A stretch of 64,000 nt of DNA from Candidatus Eiseniibacteriota bacterium (GCA_963783375.1 CAWANH010000028.1:768001-832000), one strand, 5' to 3'. Shown: positions 10,231-23,716, numbered from the stretch's first letter. The notes: generated from the sequence alone by a model not told the origin. Translations and numbers: made by a program.

Positions 10231-11589
10231 ATGGCAACCGACCCACTCCCCCCCCAATGGAGGCATTTTCTACACGAAGTTCGCAGCAGAGTCCACGACC
10301 AGGCGTTCGAGACCTGGTTCAGCAACATCCGGTTCCACAGCCTGGAGGATGACACTCTCACCATCGGAGTGGCGAGCCAGTTCGTCGCGGACTGGCTGTC
10401 GGAGAACTTCATGGATGTTCTCCAGAAGGCCATGATCAAGGTGTACGGAGAGGGTTTGAGCCTCGCCTTCAAGGTGGATCCGGATCTGGAGGCTCACTCC
10501 CGCGAGCGGGAGATGCCCGCTCCCACCCAGAGCCGCCCGGCCCGGGTCTATCGCGACCACCAGGCTCAGATCGATCCCAAGTACACCTTTCAGAATTTCG
10601 TGGTCGGCAAGAGCAACCAGCTGGCCCACGCCGCCAGCAAGGCGGTGGCGGAAAACCCCGCCACGTCCTACAACCCCCTCTTCCTCTACGGAGGGGTGGG
10701 CATGGGAAAAACCCATCTGATGCAGGCGATCGGCAACGCGGTTCTCATCCACTCCCCCGATGCCCGGGTCGCCTACGTCTCGACCGAGAAGTTCATGAAC
10801 GAGATGATCTGGTCCATCCAACACGCCAAGACCCTCGAGTTCAAGACGAAGTACCGCAACGTGGATCTGCTTCTCCTGGACGATATCCAGTTCCTCACCG
10901 GCAAGGAAAGCACTCAGGAGGAGTTCTTCCACACCTTCAACGCTCTCTACGAGGCCCGCAAGCAGATCGTGCTCACGAGCGACCGTCCCCCAAAGGAGAT
11001 CCGGATGCTGGAGGAACGGCTGGTCAGCCGGTTCCACTGGGGGCTGGTGGCGGACATCCAGCCACCGGACCTCGAAACGCGGGTGGCCATCATCCGCAAG
11101 AAGGCGGAGATCGAAAACGTTCATCTGCCCGAGGACGTCGCTCTCCTGATCGCCGAAAACGTCCGTTCCAACATCCGGGAACTGGAAGGCTCGCTGGTGC
11201 GACTGGTCGCCTTCGCCACCCTGATGAAGAGCCAGATCAACGTGGACCTCGCCAACCAGGTCCTTCACGACTTCATGCGTCGGGAGAAGCAGAAGCGCCC
11301 CGAGGCCCCGGCGATCGTCAAGGCCACCGCCCAGCGCTTCAACGTCACGGTGGAGGCCTTGAAGGGAAAGCGGAGAACCAACGTCATCGTGGTGCCGAGG
11401 CAAACCGCCATGTACCTCTGCCGGACCCTGACCGAGATGCCGTTGACCGAGATCGGGAAGGTGCTCGGCGGTCGCGACCACACCACCGTGCTCTACGCCT
11501 GCGAACGAGTGAGGGAGATGATGGAACTCGACCCCGAGTACCAGCACACCGTCGAGGAGCTGACCGAACGGCTGCGGAAAGAGCCTTGA
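10231..11589 (+). CDS. dnaA: Chromosomal replication initiator DnaA
   Basis: [47 protein letters not shown]; start moved to ATG 10231 after GAAGGAG. Confidence 0.98.
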   Translation: MATDPLPPQWRHFLHEVRSRVHDQAFETWFSNIRFHSLEDDTLTIGVASQFVADWLSENFMDVLQKAMIKVYGEGLSLAFKVDPDLEAHSREREMPAPTQSRPARVYRDHQAQIDPKYTFQNFVVGKSNQLAHAASKAVAENPATSYNPLFLYGGVGMGKTHLMQAIGNAVLIHSPDARVAYVSTEKFMNEMIWSIQHAKTLEFKTKYRNVDLLLLDDIQFLTGKESTQEEFFHTFNALYEARKQIVLTSDRPPKEIRMLEERLVSRFHWGLVADIQPPDLETRVAIIRKKAEIENVHLPEDVALLIAENVRSNIRELEGSLVRLVAFATLMKSQINVDLANQVLHDFMRREKQKRPEAPAIVKATAQRFNVTVEALKGKRRTNVIVVPRQTAMYLCRTLTEMPLTEIGKVLGGRDHTTVLYACERVREMMELDPEYQHTVEELTERLRKEP

Positions 11590-11800
11590 TAAGTGGGGGT
11601 CCGGACGTGGAGAACTTCGGGGGAGAACTTCGGATCCCGCCGGAGTGGGGAAGACCGGGGAACACTGGGGATAAGCCGGCTCCTCCGCCTGACTCGACAT
11701 TCCTTGTCGGGCATAGGGTTACGGAGGAGGGTCGGAGTTGTCCACGGTTTCCCGGCCCCTACTACTACTACTACCTTAAATACCTATAAGAAGTAGGGAC
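11590..11800. other. oriC unwinding region: DnaA-box array, GC-rich spacer, DnaA-trios, AT-rich tract
   Basis: Degenerate boxes (GTGGAGAAC, GGGGAGAAC, TGGGGAAGA, CGGGGAACA, TGGGGATAA), then TTGTCCACG 11738-11746, CCCGGCCCC, (TAC)5 at 11760-11774, CTTAAATACCTATAAG. Confidence 0.9.
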
Positions 11801-11911
11801 CCGGAAACCGAGGGCCGGAGGCCGACTCAGGGAACGCCGGCCGGGAGGCACAGCGCCAGCTCCTGGCGTGTAACTTTCTGGATCTTAATGACTTAGGACT
11901 TGGGATGGCCC

Positions 11912-11941
11912 TTGTGGAAGGGGGGAAGCAGCGACTATAAT
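11912..11941 (+). promoter_or_regulatory. Putative sigma70 promoter of dnaN
   Basis: TTGTGG-18 nt-TATAAT about 85 nt upstream of the dnaN ATG. Confidence 0.55.
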
Positions 11942-12025
11942 CGCTTGTTCGGACCGGTGGGCCAGGACTGCCCCGTCCCCGTGGACCGCGGATTGCTTTT
12001 CATGGCTGTGTGAAGGGGAAACAGG

Positions 12026-13138
12026 ATGAAGTTCTCCATTTCAAAGGGCGCTCTTCAGGAGCTCCTGCAGGTGGTGGTCAGCGCCGTTCCGGCGAAGAGC
12101 ACTCTTCCGATTCTATCGAACATACTCGTCGAGGCCGACAAGGAAGGCCTGACCCTGGTGGCCACCGATCTGGACATTTCGATCCGGACCCGGGGAGAGG
12201 CTGAAGTCACCGAACCCGGCTCGATCACCATCCCCGCCAAGCGGGTGGGTGAGATCGTGAGGGAGCTTCCCGACGCCGATATCAAGGTCGTGGTCAAGGA
12301 CGCCAAGGTGAAGCTCACCTGCGGAAACGGTTCCTTCACCATCGTCGGCCTGGACCCGGAGGACTTTCCCCAACTCCCCCAGGTCGATGCCGACAAGATG
12401 GTGACTCTTCCCACCGGGGTCCTCGAGAAGGCGGTGCGTCGTTCCACCTATGCGGTAAGCAACGATGAGACCCGCCAGATGCTCACCGGGGCGCTTCTCC
12501 AGTTCAAGGAGGGGGAGTTGCGCATGGTGGGCACCGACGGCCACCGCCTGGCCAAGTCGGCCTTCAAGGGAGACTACAAGGGTCTCGAGGGCCGGGATCT
12601 GATCATCCCTCCCAAGGCTCTCTCGCAGGTGGTCAGGCTCGCATCGGGCACCGAGACCGTGAAGCTCAACGTCAGCAAGAACTTTGCCGTCTTCGAGGTG
12701 GGCCCGACGACCGTGTATTCCCGACTGATCGACGGTAATTTTCCCAACTACGAACAGGTTATTCCCAAGGACAATCCGAAGGAGTTCCAGGTTCGCAGGG
12801 ATGAATTGATCGCCGCCCTGCGCCGGGTGGTCGTGCTCTCCGACAGCGTGACGCGCCAGATCAAGCTTTCGGTCAAACCCGAGCGGGTCGAGTTGAGCGT
12901 GAACACGGCGGACGTCGGGGAAGGACAGGAGTCCATCGGCACCAACTACTCCGGGGACGAACTCTCGGTCGGCTACAATGCGGCCTATCTCCTGGAAGCG
13001 TTGCGGACCATGGACTCGGAAGAGGTAACCGTCCAGTTGAACACACCGACCAGCCCCGGCATCTTCGTCCCCGCCGTGCAGGAATCCAACGAGGACATCC
13101 TATGTCTCGTGATGCCGCTCCGGCTCCCGGAGGCATGA
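12026..13138 (+). CDS. dnaN: DNA polymerase III beta sliding clamp
   Basis: LPILSNIL, ATDLD, VGTDGHRLA, SRLIDGNFPNYEQVIP, LVMPLRL. Confidence 0.98.
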   Translation: MKFSISKGALQELLQVVVSAVPAKSTLPILSNILVEADKEGLTLVATDLDISIRTRGEAEVTEPGSITIPAKRVGEIVRELPDADIKVVVKDAKVKLTCGNGSFTIVGLDPEDFPQLPQVDADKMVTLPTGVLEKAVRRSTYAVSNDETRQMLTGALLQFKEGELRMVGTDGHRLAKSAFKGDYKGLEGRDLIIPPKALSQVVRLASGTETVKLNVSKNFAVFEVGPTTVYSRLIDGNFPNYEQVIPKDNPKEFQVRRDELIAALRRVVVLSDSVTRQIKLSVKPERVELSVNTADVGEGQESIGTNYSGDELSVGYNAAYLLEALRTMDSEEVTVQLNTPTSPGIFVPAVQESNEDILCLVMPLRLPEA

Positions 13139-13202
13139 AGCGAAGCCGACCGGCGGGAGAGGCATTTCCAACCCCGCTCCACGGTAATAGCAGAAGGACA
13201 CA

Positions 13203-15451
<2,249 letters not shown>

Positions 15452-15512
15452 CCGTTCGCGGGCCGGGGTCTTGGAGATGCGGACACCGGGACCCGGTTCC
15501 CACCGGAGTCCG

Positions 15513-16505
15513 ATGATGGCGATCGACGTTTCCCACCCCGCCGACGGGAAGGTCTCCGGTCCGGCTATCCGGATCGGAGTCTCCCAGTGCCTCCTCGGGG
15601 AGGAGGTGCGCTATGACGGCGGTCACAAGCGGGACTCCTTTCTGACCGAGGGCCTGTCGGCCTACGTGGAGTTCGTGCCGGTGTGCCCGGAAGTGGAGTC
15701 GGGAATGGGAGTCCCGCGCGAAGCGGTGCGCCTGGAGGGCTCCGTGGACGCTCCCCGCATGGTGGGAAGGCGGTCGGGGACCGATCACACCGAGGCCATG
15801 ACCGCGTTCGCCGCGCGACGAGCGGCGGCCCTGGACGACGCGGATCTCTGTGGATACGTGTTGAAGAAGGGGTCGCCGAGCTGCGGCATGGAGCGGGTCA
15901 AGGTGTACGCGGGATCGGGAATGCCGGCGAAGCAGGGCGTGGGACTCTTCGCCCGGGCCCTCATGGATCGCTTTCCCCTCCTTCCGGTGGAAGAGGAGGG
16001 ACGGCTCCACGATCCGATCCTTCGCGAGAACTTCATCGAGCGGGTTTTCGCCTACCGCCGGTGGAAGGACCTCCTGGGCGGGCGCTACACCGTCGGCCGG
16101 CTGGTGGCCTTCCACACCGCCCACAAGTTCCTCATCCTCGCCCATAGTCCCGCCGACTACACGGTGATGGGCCGGATCGTGGCCGATGCCAGGCGCCTGG
16201 GAGCGGCCGCGGCCAAGACGCGCTACGGCCGCGCGTTCATGGAGGGGATGGCCCGGCGCACCACGGCACGGAAGCACACCAACGTGCTCCAGCACATGGC
16301 CGGATTCGTGAAGCGCGACCTGGATGCGGCCTCGCGGGCCGAACTGGCCCAGGTGATCGAGGACTACCGCCGGGGGCTGGTGCCCCTGGTGGTGCCGATC
16401 ACCCTTCTTCGCCACCATGCCCGGGCGGCGAATCAGGAGTATCTCCTCGGTCAGCTCTATCTCGATCCCCACCCCAAGGAGCTGATGCTCCGGAACCACG
16501 TCTAG
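15513..16505 (+). CDS. YbgA-like DUF523 (2-thiouracil desulfidase-like) plus DUF1722 protein
   Basis: IGVSQCLLGEEVRYDGGH, VCPEVESG, LKKGSPSCG, FHTAHKF, HTNVLQH, C-terminal ELMLRNHV. Confidence 0.9.
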   Translation: MMAIDVSHPADGKVSGPAIRIGVSQCLLGEEVRYDGGHKRDSFLTEGLSAYVEFVPVCPEVESGMGVPREAVRLEGSVDAPRMVGRRSGTDHTEAMTAFAARRAAALDDADLCGYVLKKGSPSCGMERVKVYAGSGMPAKQGVGLFARALMDRFPLLPVEEEGRLHDPILRENFIERVFAYRRWKDLLGGRYTVGRLVAFHTAHKFLILAHSPADYTVMGRIVADARRLGAAAAKTRYGRAFMEGMARRTTARKHTNVLQHMAGFVKRDLDAASRAELAQVIEDYRRGLVPLVVPITLLRHHARAANQEYLLGQLYLDPHPKELMLRNHV

Positions 16506-16576
16506 GGGATCCCGACCCGGTCCCGTGCCCGCAGAGGCGCAAGTCCGGTGGGGCGGGAGGCGCGCCGGAACGGAGC

Positions 16577-16915
16577 TTACCCGGTCTCCAGAAGCTCCTC
16601 GGCCTTGGCCGCCCAGACGAAATCGCTCTCGGTCAGCCCGTCGATCTTGTGGGTCCAGACCGAGAGCTTCACCTTCCCCCAGGCCAGGAAGATGTCACCG
16701 TGGTGCCCCTCCGCCTCGCACATCTCCCCCACCCGCTTCACGAATTCGAAGGCGTCGCGGAAGCTCCCGAACGCATACTCCTTTTCCAGGTGGTGATCGC
16801 CCACGAGTCGCCAGTCGTGGTCGAGCTCCGTAAGGAGTTTCCGGAGCGCGTCGCCGGCGAGCGGAGGCGCCCCGCCCCGGCAGGGGACGCAGGTCTTGGC
16901 GGACAGTCCGGCCAT
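16577..16915 (-). CDS. Pterin-4-alpha-carbinolamine dehydratase (PhhB family)
   Basis: C-terminal part of the long ORF: MAGLSAKTCVPCRGG...EAEGHHGDI...WTHKIDGLTESDF; GAGGAGG RBS before ATG 16915. Confidence 0.92.
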   Translation of the reverse strand: MAGLSAKTCVPCRGGAPPLAGDALRKLLTELDHDWRLVGDHHLEKEYAFGSFRDAFEFVKRVGEMCEAEGHHGDIFLAWGKVKLSVWTHKIDGLTESDFVWAAKAEELLETG

Positions 16916-17320
16916 GGCGGTGACCTCCTCGGATGCTTGGGTTGAGCCTTCCAGTATAGGGCACGACGGGCGGTCCTTCGCCGTGGCCCCGGCCGGCGCG
17001 CACCGGGCCCGGAGAAGGCGCGAACCGGCGGAGAGGGAGCCGGACCCGGGCCGCGAAGCCCCCCGGAAAGCCGGGGCGGAACGGCAGCGAAATCGGCCCT
17101 TTCCACCCCCACAAATCGATGGCCTGAAAGCATCTAACCCCTTATAATTCGGCGAAGTGTGGAGGATGGCATTGAAACCTCCGTTTTCGAGGGAACTCAA
17201 TCCGCGGGCCCGGACGGACACGCCGGGCCGAGTTGAACCGAAGCCCGTCGTCGCGACCCCACCGGGGCCGCCGCGCCCCGCCCGCGAGCTTCCTAAAATA
17301 TTGGCAGTTAAGGAGATAGC

Positions 17321-19840
17321 ATGGTAGAAGACGCCGGAAAGCGTGTGATCCCGGCCGCCATCGAGGACGAGATGCGCACCGCGTATCTCGACTACTCGAT
17401 GTCGGTCATCGTCAACCGGGCTCTTCCCGACGTGCGGGACGGCCTGAAGCCGGTCCAGCGGCGGATCCTGGTGGCGATGAACGATCTGAACCTGGCGCCG
17501 GACCGCCCCTATCGAAAGAGCGCCAAGATCACCGGTGACGTGAACGGGAACTACCATCCCCACGGCACCTCCGCGATCTACGACGCCATGGTCCGGCTGG
17601 CCCAGGAGTTTTCCCTCCGCTATCCCCTCGTGGACGGCCAGGGGAACTTCGGAAGCGTCGACGGCGACTCCGCCGCGGCGGAGCGGTACACCGAGGCGCG
17701 GCTCGCCGCGGCCGGCATGGAAATGCTCTCGGAGATCGAACGCGCCACCGTCGATTTCCGCCCCAACTATGAAAATGTCCGGGAAGAGCCGGTGGTGCTT
17801 CCCGGCCGCATGCCCAACCTGCTCCTGAACGGTGCCACCGGGATCGCGGTGGGGATGGCCACCAACGTGCCGCCCCACAATCTGAACGAGATATGCGACG
17901 CGGTGAGCGAGATCATCGACAACCCCGACGTGAGCGACGACGAGCTGCTTCAGATCGTCCCCGGCCCCGACTTCCCCACCGGCGGGATCATCATGGGTCG
18001 CGAGGGGATCCGGAACGCCTACACCACCGGCCGCGGCCTGATATCGGTGCGGGCGCGCGCCACCATCGATCTCATGGACAACGGCCGCGAGGTCATCATC
18101 GTCACCGAGATCCCCTACATGGTGAACAAGTCCGCGCTTCTGGAGAAGATCGCGGATCTGGTCCGCTCCGGGGCGATCAGCGGGGTCTCCGACCTACGGG
18201 ACGAGTCGGACCGGAACGGCATGCGCATCGTGATCGAGCTCAAGCGCGACGCGGCCAGCCAGGTCATCCTGAACCAGCTCTACAAGCACACGCATATGCA
18301 GCAGACCTTCGGGGCCAACCTGTTGGCCCTGGTCCGGGGCCGTCCCGAGACCATGACCCTGCGCCAGATGCTCCAGCACTTCGTCGACCACCGGCGCGAC
18401 GTGATCATCCGCCGCACCCGCTACGACCTGGAACAAGCCGAGAAGCGGGCCCACATTCTCGAGGGGCTCCGAATCGCCCTGGACAACATCGACGAGATCG
18501 TCAAGCTCATCCGGGCGAGCAAAGACACCGCCGAGGCCAAGGAAGGCCTCATCGCGCGGTTCTCCCTGTCCGAAGTGCAGGCCCAGGCCATCCTCGACAT
18601 GCGGCTGGCCCGCCTCACCGGGCTGGAGCGGGGCAAGATCGAGGCCGAGTACGCCGAGCTGCAGCGCATGATCGCCGAGTACAAGGCGATCCTGGGCAGC
18701 GAACGGCGGGTGCTGGAGCTCATCCAGGGCGAGATGATGGAGCTGAAGGCGAAGTACGGGGACGCCCGCCGGACCGAGATCCGGGCCGCGGAGGGTGAGT
18801 TCTCGGTGGAGGACCTGATCGCCGAGGAGGACATGGTCATTTCGATCAGCCACCTGGGTTACATCAAGCGCCTCCCGGTGAACACCTACCGCCGACAGCG
18901 CCGCGGCGGGCGCGGAGTGACCGGCCAGTCCACCCGCGAGGACGACTTCATCGAGCACCTGTTCATCGCCTCCACCCATGCCTACGTGCTGGTGTTCACC
19001 AACACCGGCCGCGTGTACTGGCTCAAGGTGCACGAGATTCCCCAGGCGGGGCGTACCGCCAAGGGGAAGGCCATCGTGAACCTGGTCATGCTGCGACCCG
19101 GGGAGCGGATCGCCTCGGTGGCCGCGGTCAAGGACTTCGACGCCAAGCACCACCTCTTCTTCGCCACCAAGCTGGGCCAGGTGAAGAAGACCGAGCTTCC
19201 CGCCTACGCCAACGTGCGCCGGGACGGGATCATCGCCATCGGTCTGGCCGAGGGCGACGAGATCATCGACGTCGCGATGACCGACGGATCGCGCGAGGTG
19301 GTGCTGGCCAAGCGCCAGGGCCGGTCCATCCGATTCAGCGAGGATCTGGTGCGACAGATGGGACGCACCGCCCGCGGCGTCCGGGGGGTGACCCTGGACG
19401 GCGCCGAGGACGCGGTGATCGGGATGATCGTTCTCCAGCGCGAGAGTTCGGAGATCCTGGCGGTGACCGAGAATGGTTACGGCAAACGCAGCCTGGTCGA
19501 TGATTACCGGATCACCGGACGAGGCGGCAAGGGGATCATCACCATCAAGCCGTCCAAGCGGAACGGGCCCCTGGTGGCCATCCGCGAGGTGAAGAGCGAG
19601 GACGAGCTCATGATCACCACCCGGAACGGCATCGTGATTCGTCTCCCCCTCAAGGACGTTTCGGTGCTGGGACGGAACACCCAGGGAGTGCGGCTCATCA
19701 ATCTCGAGGAGGGGGACACCGTGGCCGACGTGGCCCGCATCATGCCTGAGGAGGGGGACGGGGACAACGGCGTCACCGCGATCGAAGCGGACGGAGAGGC
19801 GCCGGGGGAGGAGACGGGCGGGGAAGAGAGCGGAGGGTGA
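17321..19840 (+). CDS. gyrA: DNA gyrase subunit A
   Basis: [31 protein letters not shown] (catalytic Tyr), GyrA-box QRRGGRG, beta-pinwheel repeats. Confidence 0.98.
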   Translation: MVEDAGKRVIPAAIEDEMRTAYLDYSMSVIVNRALPDVRDGLKPVQRRILVAMNDLNLAPDRPYRKSAKITGDVNGNYHPHGTSAIYDAMVRLAQEFSLRYPLVDGQGNFGSVDGDSAAAERYTEARLAAAGMEMLSEIERATVDFRPNYENVREEPVVLPGRMPNLLLNGATGIAVGMATNVPPHNLNEICDAVSEIIDNPDVSDDELLQIVPGPDFPTGGIIMGREGIRNAYTTGRGLISVRARATIDLMDNGREVIIVTEIPYMVNKSALLEKIADLVRSGAISGVSDLRDESDRNGMRIVIELKRDAASQVILNQLYKHTHMQQTFGANLLALVRGRPETMTLRQMLQHFVDHRRDVIIRRTRYDLEQAEKRAHILEGLRIALDNIDEIVKLIRASKDTAEAKEGLIARFSLSEVQAQAILDMRLARLTGLERGKIEAEYAELQRMIAEYKAILGSERRVLELIQGEMMELKAKYGDARRTEIRAAEGEFSVEDLIAEEDMVISISHLGYIKRLPVNTYRRQRRGGRGVTGQSTREDDFIEHLFIASTHAYVLVFTNTGRVYWLKVHEIPQAGRTAKGKAIVNLVMLRPGERIASVAAVKDFDAKHHLFFATKLGQVKKTELPAYANVRRDGIIAIGLAEGDEIIDVAMTDGSREVVLAKRQGRSIRFSEDLVRQMGRTARGVRGVTLDGAEDAVIGMIVLQRESSEILAVTENGYGKRSLVDDYRITGRGGKGIITIKPSKRNGPLVAIREVKSEDELMITTRNGIVIRLPLKDVSVLGRNTQGVRLINLEEGDTVADVARIMPEEGDGDNGVTAIEADGEAPGEETGGEESGG

Positions 19841-20475
19841 CGCCGGGTCGGCCCGCCGATGAGATCCGCATCTCCGACTCGACGGTCCGCCGGCTCTCCG
19901 GGTACTACCGGATCCTCGGAGAGCTCCGGGAGGCCGGGGAGACCACCGTGTCGTCGTTCGGCTTGGCCGGGCGAGCGGGAGTGACCCCGGCCCAGGTCCG
20001 CAAGGACCTCTCCTTCTTCGGCCACTTCGGAAAGCGCGGAACCGGGTACGGAGTGCTCCAGCTCCAGACCGAGATCCGCTCCATCCTCGGGCTCGACCGG
20101 AGGTGGAGAGTGTGCCTGGTGGGCGCCGGGAACCTCGCCCATGCCCTGGTCGCCTACAAGGAGTTCGCGCGCGAAGGGTTCGAGATCATGGCGGTGTTCG
20201 ACAACGATCCCGAGAAGATCGGGCAGGCCTGGAACGGTCTCCGGGTGGAGTCGGTGGAGAACTTCGGCCGTGATGCGGGTGAAAGGAAGATCGAGATCGG
20301 CATCATCACCACCCCGGCTTCGGCGGCCCAGGATACGGCCGATCTGATGGTGCGTTCGGGACTCCGCGGCATCTTGAATTTCGCCCCCCGCAAGCTTTTC
20401 GTGCCGGATCACGTGAACCTGCGAAACGTGAACCTGGCCATCGAGCTGGAGAGCCTCTCCTTCGCATTGAAGTGA
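19837..20475 (+). CDS. rex: Redox-sensing transcriptional repressor Rex
   Basis: [46 protein letters not shown]. Confidence 0.95.
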   Translation: MTPGRPADEIRISDSTVRRLSGYYRILGELREAGETTVSSFGLAGRAGVTPAQVRKDLSFFGHFGKRGTGYGVLQLQTEIRSILGLDRRWRVCLVGAGNLAHALVAYKEFAREGFEIMAVFDNDPEKIGQAWNGLRVESVENFGRDAGERKIEIGIITTPASAAQDTADLMVRSGLRGILNFAPRKLFVPDHVNLRNVNLAIELESLSFALK

Positions 20476-20511
20476 TCCCCGGCGGGGAGCCGGTAGAGGG
20501 GAGGAGCGGCG

Positions 20512-21090
20512 GTGACCCACCAACCCTACGAAGAGATCCTGCGGACGGCGGTGGCGGTATACCTCGCCCTCCTTCCCGTCATGCAGTGGTTGGTCTTTCG
20601 CGGACTCTACGTCCGGGGCGCGGTCGAGAGCGCGCGCGTCTCCCGGAACGTGCGCGACCACGTGCTGGCCGCCCTGCTCCGAGCCGGTCTCCTGAGCCTG
20701 GTCCTGGCCGTCCCGGTCTTCGGGTTGTGGGTGGTTACGGTCTGGTCGCGCCTCAGGTGGGACGTTCTGGTGGGAGGGGAGATCATGCTGGCGTTCGTGA
20801 TCCTCTCCCTGGGATTCACCTCGGCTTCGGTTCGCTTCAGCCTGGGCCTCATGACCCGGGTCCCGCCCAAGGCCGCTCCCCGCGCGTTGTTCGTGCTGCG
20901 GCTGGCCATGCTCCTGACCGCCGGGGCCTACGGCGCCGCGCTCTGGATCTACACGCCGGGAACCCCGGGGGAGATGCTCCTGGGGGTGTTCATCCTGGGG
21001 GCGGGACTGTTCGCGTTGGGACTGAACCGCATCGCCGAGATGGATCCGGATGTCCTGGCCCGTTTGGTCGAGGCCATGCGGCGGCGGTAG
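20512..21090 (+). CDS. Hypothetical integral membrane protein (about 6 TM)
   Basis: Multiple hydrophobic segments, GGAG RBS; no family recognised. Confidence 0.7.
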   Translation: MTHQPYEEILRTAVAVYLALLPVMQWLVFRGLYVRGAVESARVSRNVRDHVLAALLRAGLLSLVLAVPVFGLWVVTVWSRLRWDVLVGGEIMLAFVILSLGFTSASVRFSLGLMTRVPPKAAPRALFVLRLAMLLTAGAYGAALWIYTPGTPGEMLLGVFILGAGLFALGLNRIAEMDPDVLARLVEAMRRR

Positions 21091-21211
21091 GGGATGGGAC
21101 CGACGCCATCCGATAGGAGCCGCACGACCAGGGCGCGAAGTTCACCGGCGTTCCCCCCGTTGAACCCGTTCGCGGGAAGACCCTCGTGAAGACCCTCGTG
21201 GTGCCGGGCGT

Positions 21212-22465
21212 CTACCCGGGTGTTCCCGGGGCGTCCGGCGCCGCGCCCTCGGGGAAATAGCGGTCCACCACCGCCGCCCCCACCGAGTCTCCCCACACGT
21301 TCACCGCGGTGCGGAAGCGATCCAGGAACCAGTCCACGGCCAGGATGAGACCGATCCCCTCCAGGGGGAGCCCCACCGCCTTCAGGACGATGACCATGGT
21401 CACCAGGCCGGCCTGGGGAATCCCGGCGGCCCCGATGGCGGCCAGGGTAGCGGTGATGATGATGATGACCTGCTGGCCGAAATGGAGCTGAATGCCCGAG
21501 GCCTGGGCGATGAAGATGGCCGCCACCGCCTCGTAGAGGGCGGTCCCGTCCATGTTGATGGTGGCCCCGAGCGGGAGCACGAACAGCCCGGCCCGCCGGC
21601 TTACCCCGTTCCGGTCCTCCGCGCACTCCAGGGTCACCGGCAGGGTGGCCGACGACGAGGCGGTGGACCACGCGGTGCCGAGCGCCGGGGCCATCCCCAG
21701 GGCGTAGCGGGCGGGGTTCCGCCGGGCGAGGAGGGCCAGAAGGATCGGGAGGACCACCACCGCGTGGATGGTGAGCCCGATCATCACGGTGAGAAAGTAC
21801 TTCCCGATCTTGAGGATCTCCCCCCAGAACGCCTCGCCGCCTCCGGCCTGCCCCAACCGGGAAGCCACCAGGCCGAACACTCCGATCGGGGCCAGGAACA
21901 TGACCAGCCCCACCATCTTCATGAGCGCCTCGTTCACCCCGTCGAAGAAGCGGAGCACGGGCTTCCCGACTTCGCCCAGGGTGGTGAGCACTCCCCCGAA
22001 TACCAGCGAAAACACGATCAGCGGAAGAATGTCCAGCTCGGCCGCCGACTTGATGATGTTGGGGGAGATGAGGCTGAGCACGATGTCGGTGATCCCGATG
22101 CGCTCCTTCCCCGCCACCACCTCGGGAACCACGGTCCCGCCGAGTGCCACCCCCACCCCGGGACGGATGACGTTCACCAGGATGATCCCCAGCACCACCG
22201 CCATCCCGGTGGTGGTGAGGTAGTAGAGGAAGGTGACGCCGCCCACCCGGCCGATTTTCCGGACGTCCCCCATGCTCGCGATCCCCACGATCATCGAAGA
22301 GACGACCAGCGGCACGATCAGCATCTTGAGCGCGTTGAGGAAGAGCGTCCCCAGCCAGGCCACGCTCTCCATGGCCGTGCCGAACTGGAACCCACAGAAG
22401 GCGCCGGCCAGGATCCCGGCCAGGAGGGAAAGCAGGAAGAGGTTTCCGGTGATCTTGAACCGCAC
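21212..22465 (-). CDS. Dicarboxylate/amino acid:cation symporter (GltP/DctA family)
   Basis: STASSSATLP, PLGATINMDGTALYEA, AVDWFLDRFRTAVNVWGD. Confidence 0.95.
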   Translation of the reverse strand: MRFKITGNLFLLSLLAGILAGAFCGFQFGTAMESVAWLGTLFLNALKMLIVPLVVSSMIVGIASMGDVRKIGRVGGVTFLYYLTTTGMAVVLGIILVNVIRPGVGVALGGTVVPEVVAGKERIGITDIVLSLISPNIIKSAAELDILPLIVFSLVFGGVLTTLGEVGKPVLRFFDGVNEALMKMVGLVMFLAPIGVFGLVASRLGQAGGGEAFWGEILKIGKYFLTVMIGLTIHAVVVLPILLALLARRNPARYALGMAPALGTAWSTASSSATLPVTLECAEDRNGVSRRAGLFVLPLGATINMDGTALYEAVAAIFIAQASGIQLHFGQQVIIIITATLAAIGAAGIPQAGLVTMVIVLKAVGLPLEGIGLILAVDWFLDRFRTAVNVWGDSVGAAVVDRYFPEGAAPDAPGTPG

Positions 22466-22650
22466 GGGTCCTCCCCGTTCTGAGTGGCCGGGCCGCGCTG
22501 CGGCCGGCGGCTTCCGGCGTCCGACCCCACGGGACCGGGAGCGGGCGCGCCCCCCCGACCGGACAAGTTCGCGTTAGGGCGCAAGATAGCAGAGGGGGAA
22601 TGGCTTGGCCACCCGCCCGAACCCGGCGCGGGCCGCCCCGAGGCCTCGGA

Positions 22651-23586
22651 TCAGGCGGGTCGGCGGTGGGGACGATTGGCGACCGCCACCCCCACCAGCA
22701 CCAGGGCCGCCCCCGCCGCCATCCGCGGGGTGAGCACCTCGCCCGCCGCCACGTACCCCAGGGCCAGGGCCACCAGGGGGGTGAGATAGGCCAGAAGGTT
22801 CAGCCGCGACACCTCGACGTGGCGAAGCAGCCAGAAGTAGCCGGAGAAGGTGACCACCGAGCCGAAGAGGGTGAGGTAGGCGATGGAGCCCACGCCCGGC
22901 CAGCTCCACGCCAGCGGCCGGCCGCGCTCCAGGAGCGCCCACAACCCGGCGTGGATCACCGCGGCGTAGATCATGGGGATCGCGGCCAGGGTGAGGGGAG
23001 GAAAATCCCGCGAGCGTTTCTTGGAGAGGACGGTGGCCGCCGCGCTCACCAGCGGGGCGACGAGGACCACCGGCGCGGCCACCGGGGCCATCGGGCTTTG
23101 CCGGCCGAGGTCCGAGGCGTTGATGACCACGATCCCCCCCAGCCCCAGGACCAGGCCCGCGACCCGGGCCAGGCCCAGCCGCTCGGCCTTCAGGATGAAG
23201 TGGGCCGCCACCCCGGTGAAGAGCGGCATGGTGGCGAAGATGACCGAGGTGAGCCCGCTCGAGAGGTACTGCTCCCCCCAGTAGACCACGCCAAAGGAGG
23301 TGACGAAGCTGAGGAGGGCCAGGGACAGGAAGAACGGCTGGTGTCGGGGCGCCCAGGGTATGCGCTCCCCGCGAAGCCGGGTGAGGAGCAGCAGGATCGG
23401 TCCGGCGATCCCGAAGCGCAGCGCCAGGGTGAAGAACGGCGGGTAGGCGTCCAGGCCGACCTTGATGGCGAACCAGGTGGTGCCCCAGATGAAGACCATG
23501 AGTCCGAACACCGAGGCCTGGGCGGGGCCGCTCGGGGGGGTGCCCTCGGCGGCGGAGGAAGGCGGGGGCTCCGCGGGTGTGTTCAT
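22651..23586 (-). CDS. EamA/DMT family transporter
   Basis: IWGTTWFAIKVGL, EQYLSSGLTSVIFATMPLF, YLTLFGSVVTF; about 10 TM; start moved to ATG 23586. Confidence 0.93.
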   Translation of the reverse strand: MNTPAEPPPSSAAEGTPPSGPAQASVFGLMVFIWGTTWFAIKVGLDAYPPFFTLALRFGIAGPILLLLTRLRGERIPWAPRHQPFFLSLALLSFVTSFGVVYWGEQYLSSGLTSVIFATMPLFTGVAAHFILKAERLGLARVAGLVLGLGGIVVINASDLGRQSPMAPVAAPVVLVAPLVSAAATVLSKKRSRDFPPLTLAAIPMIYAAVIHAGLWALLERGRPLAWSWPGVGSIAYLTLFGSVVTFSGYFWLLRHVEVSRLNLLAYLTPLVALALGYVAAGEVLTPRMAAGAALVLVGVAVANRPHRRPA

Positions 23587-23647
23587 CGGACGGATGGTAC
23601 GGGGGGGGACCCCCGGGGACAAGGACTCCCCGGTGCGCCCGGTCGCG

Positions 23648-23688
23648 CAAAAGAGGGCGCCCCTCCCGGCTGGCGGGAAGGGCGCCCG
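23648..23688 (-). terminator. Intrinsic terminator downstream of the pseudopilin-like gene
   Basis: Minus strand GGGCGCCCTTCCCG...CGGGAGGGGCGCCC followed by TCTTTT. Confidence 0.7.
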
Positions 23689-23716
23689 ATCACGAACGTT
23701 GCGGGGATCGGAGAGC

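Noticed and set aside
11605-11675. Short direct repeats as a possible CRISPR or iteron array
   Set aside because: Repeats are 9-12 bp without unique spacers; consistent with DnaA boxes; no cas genes
11586-11796. Short ORFs with poly-Tyr/poly-Thr and a possible microsatellite (TAC)5
   Set aside because: Explained by the DnaA-trios of oriC
21176-21200. 12-bp tandem duplication GAAGACCCTCGT x2 between convergent genes
   Set aside because: Only two copies and no associated element; could be an excision scar but unsupported
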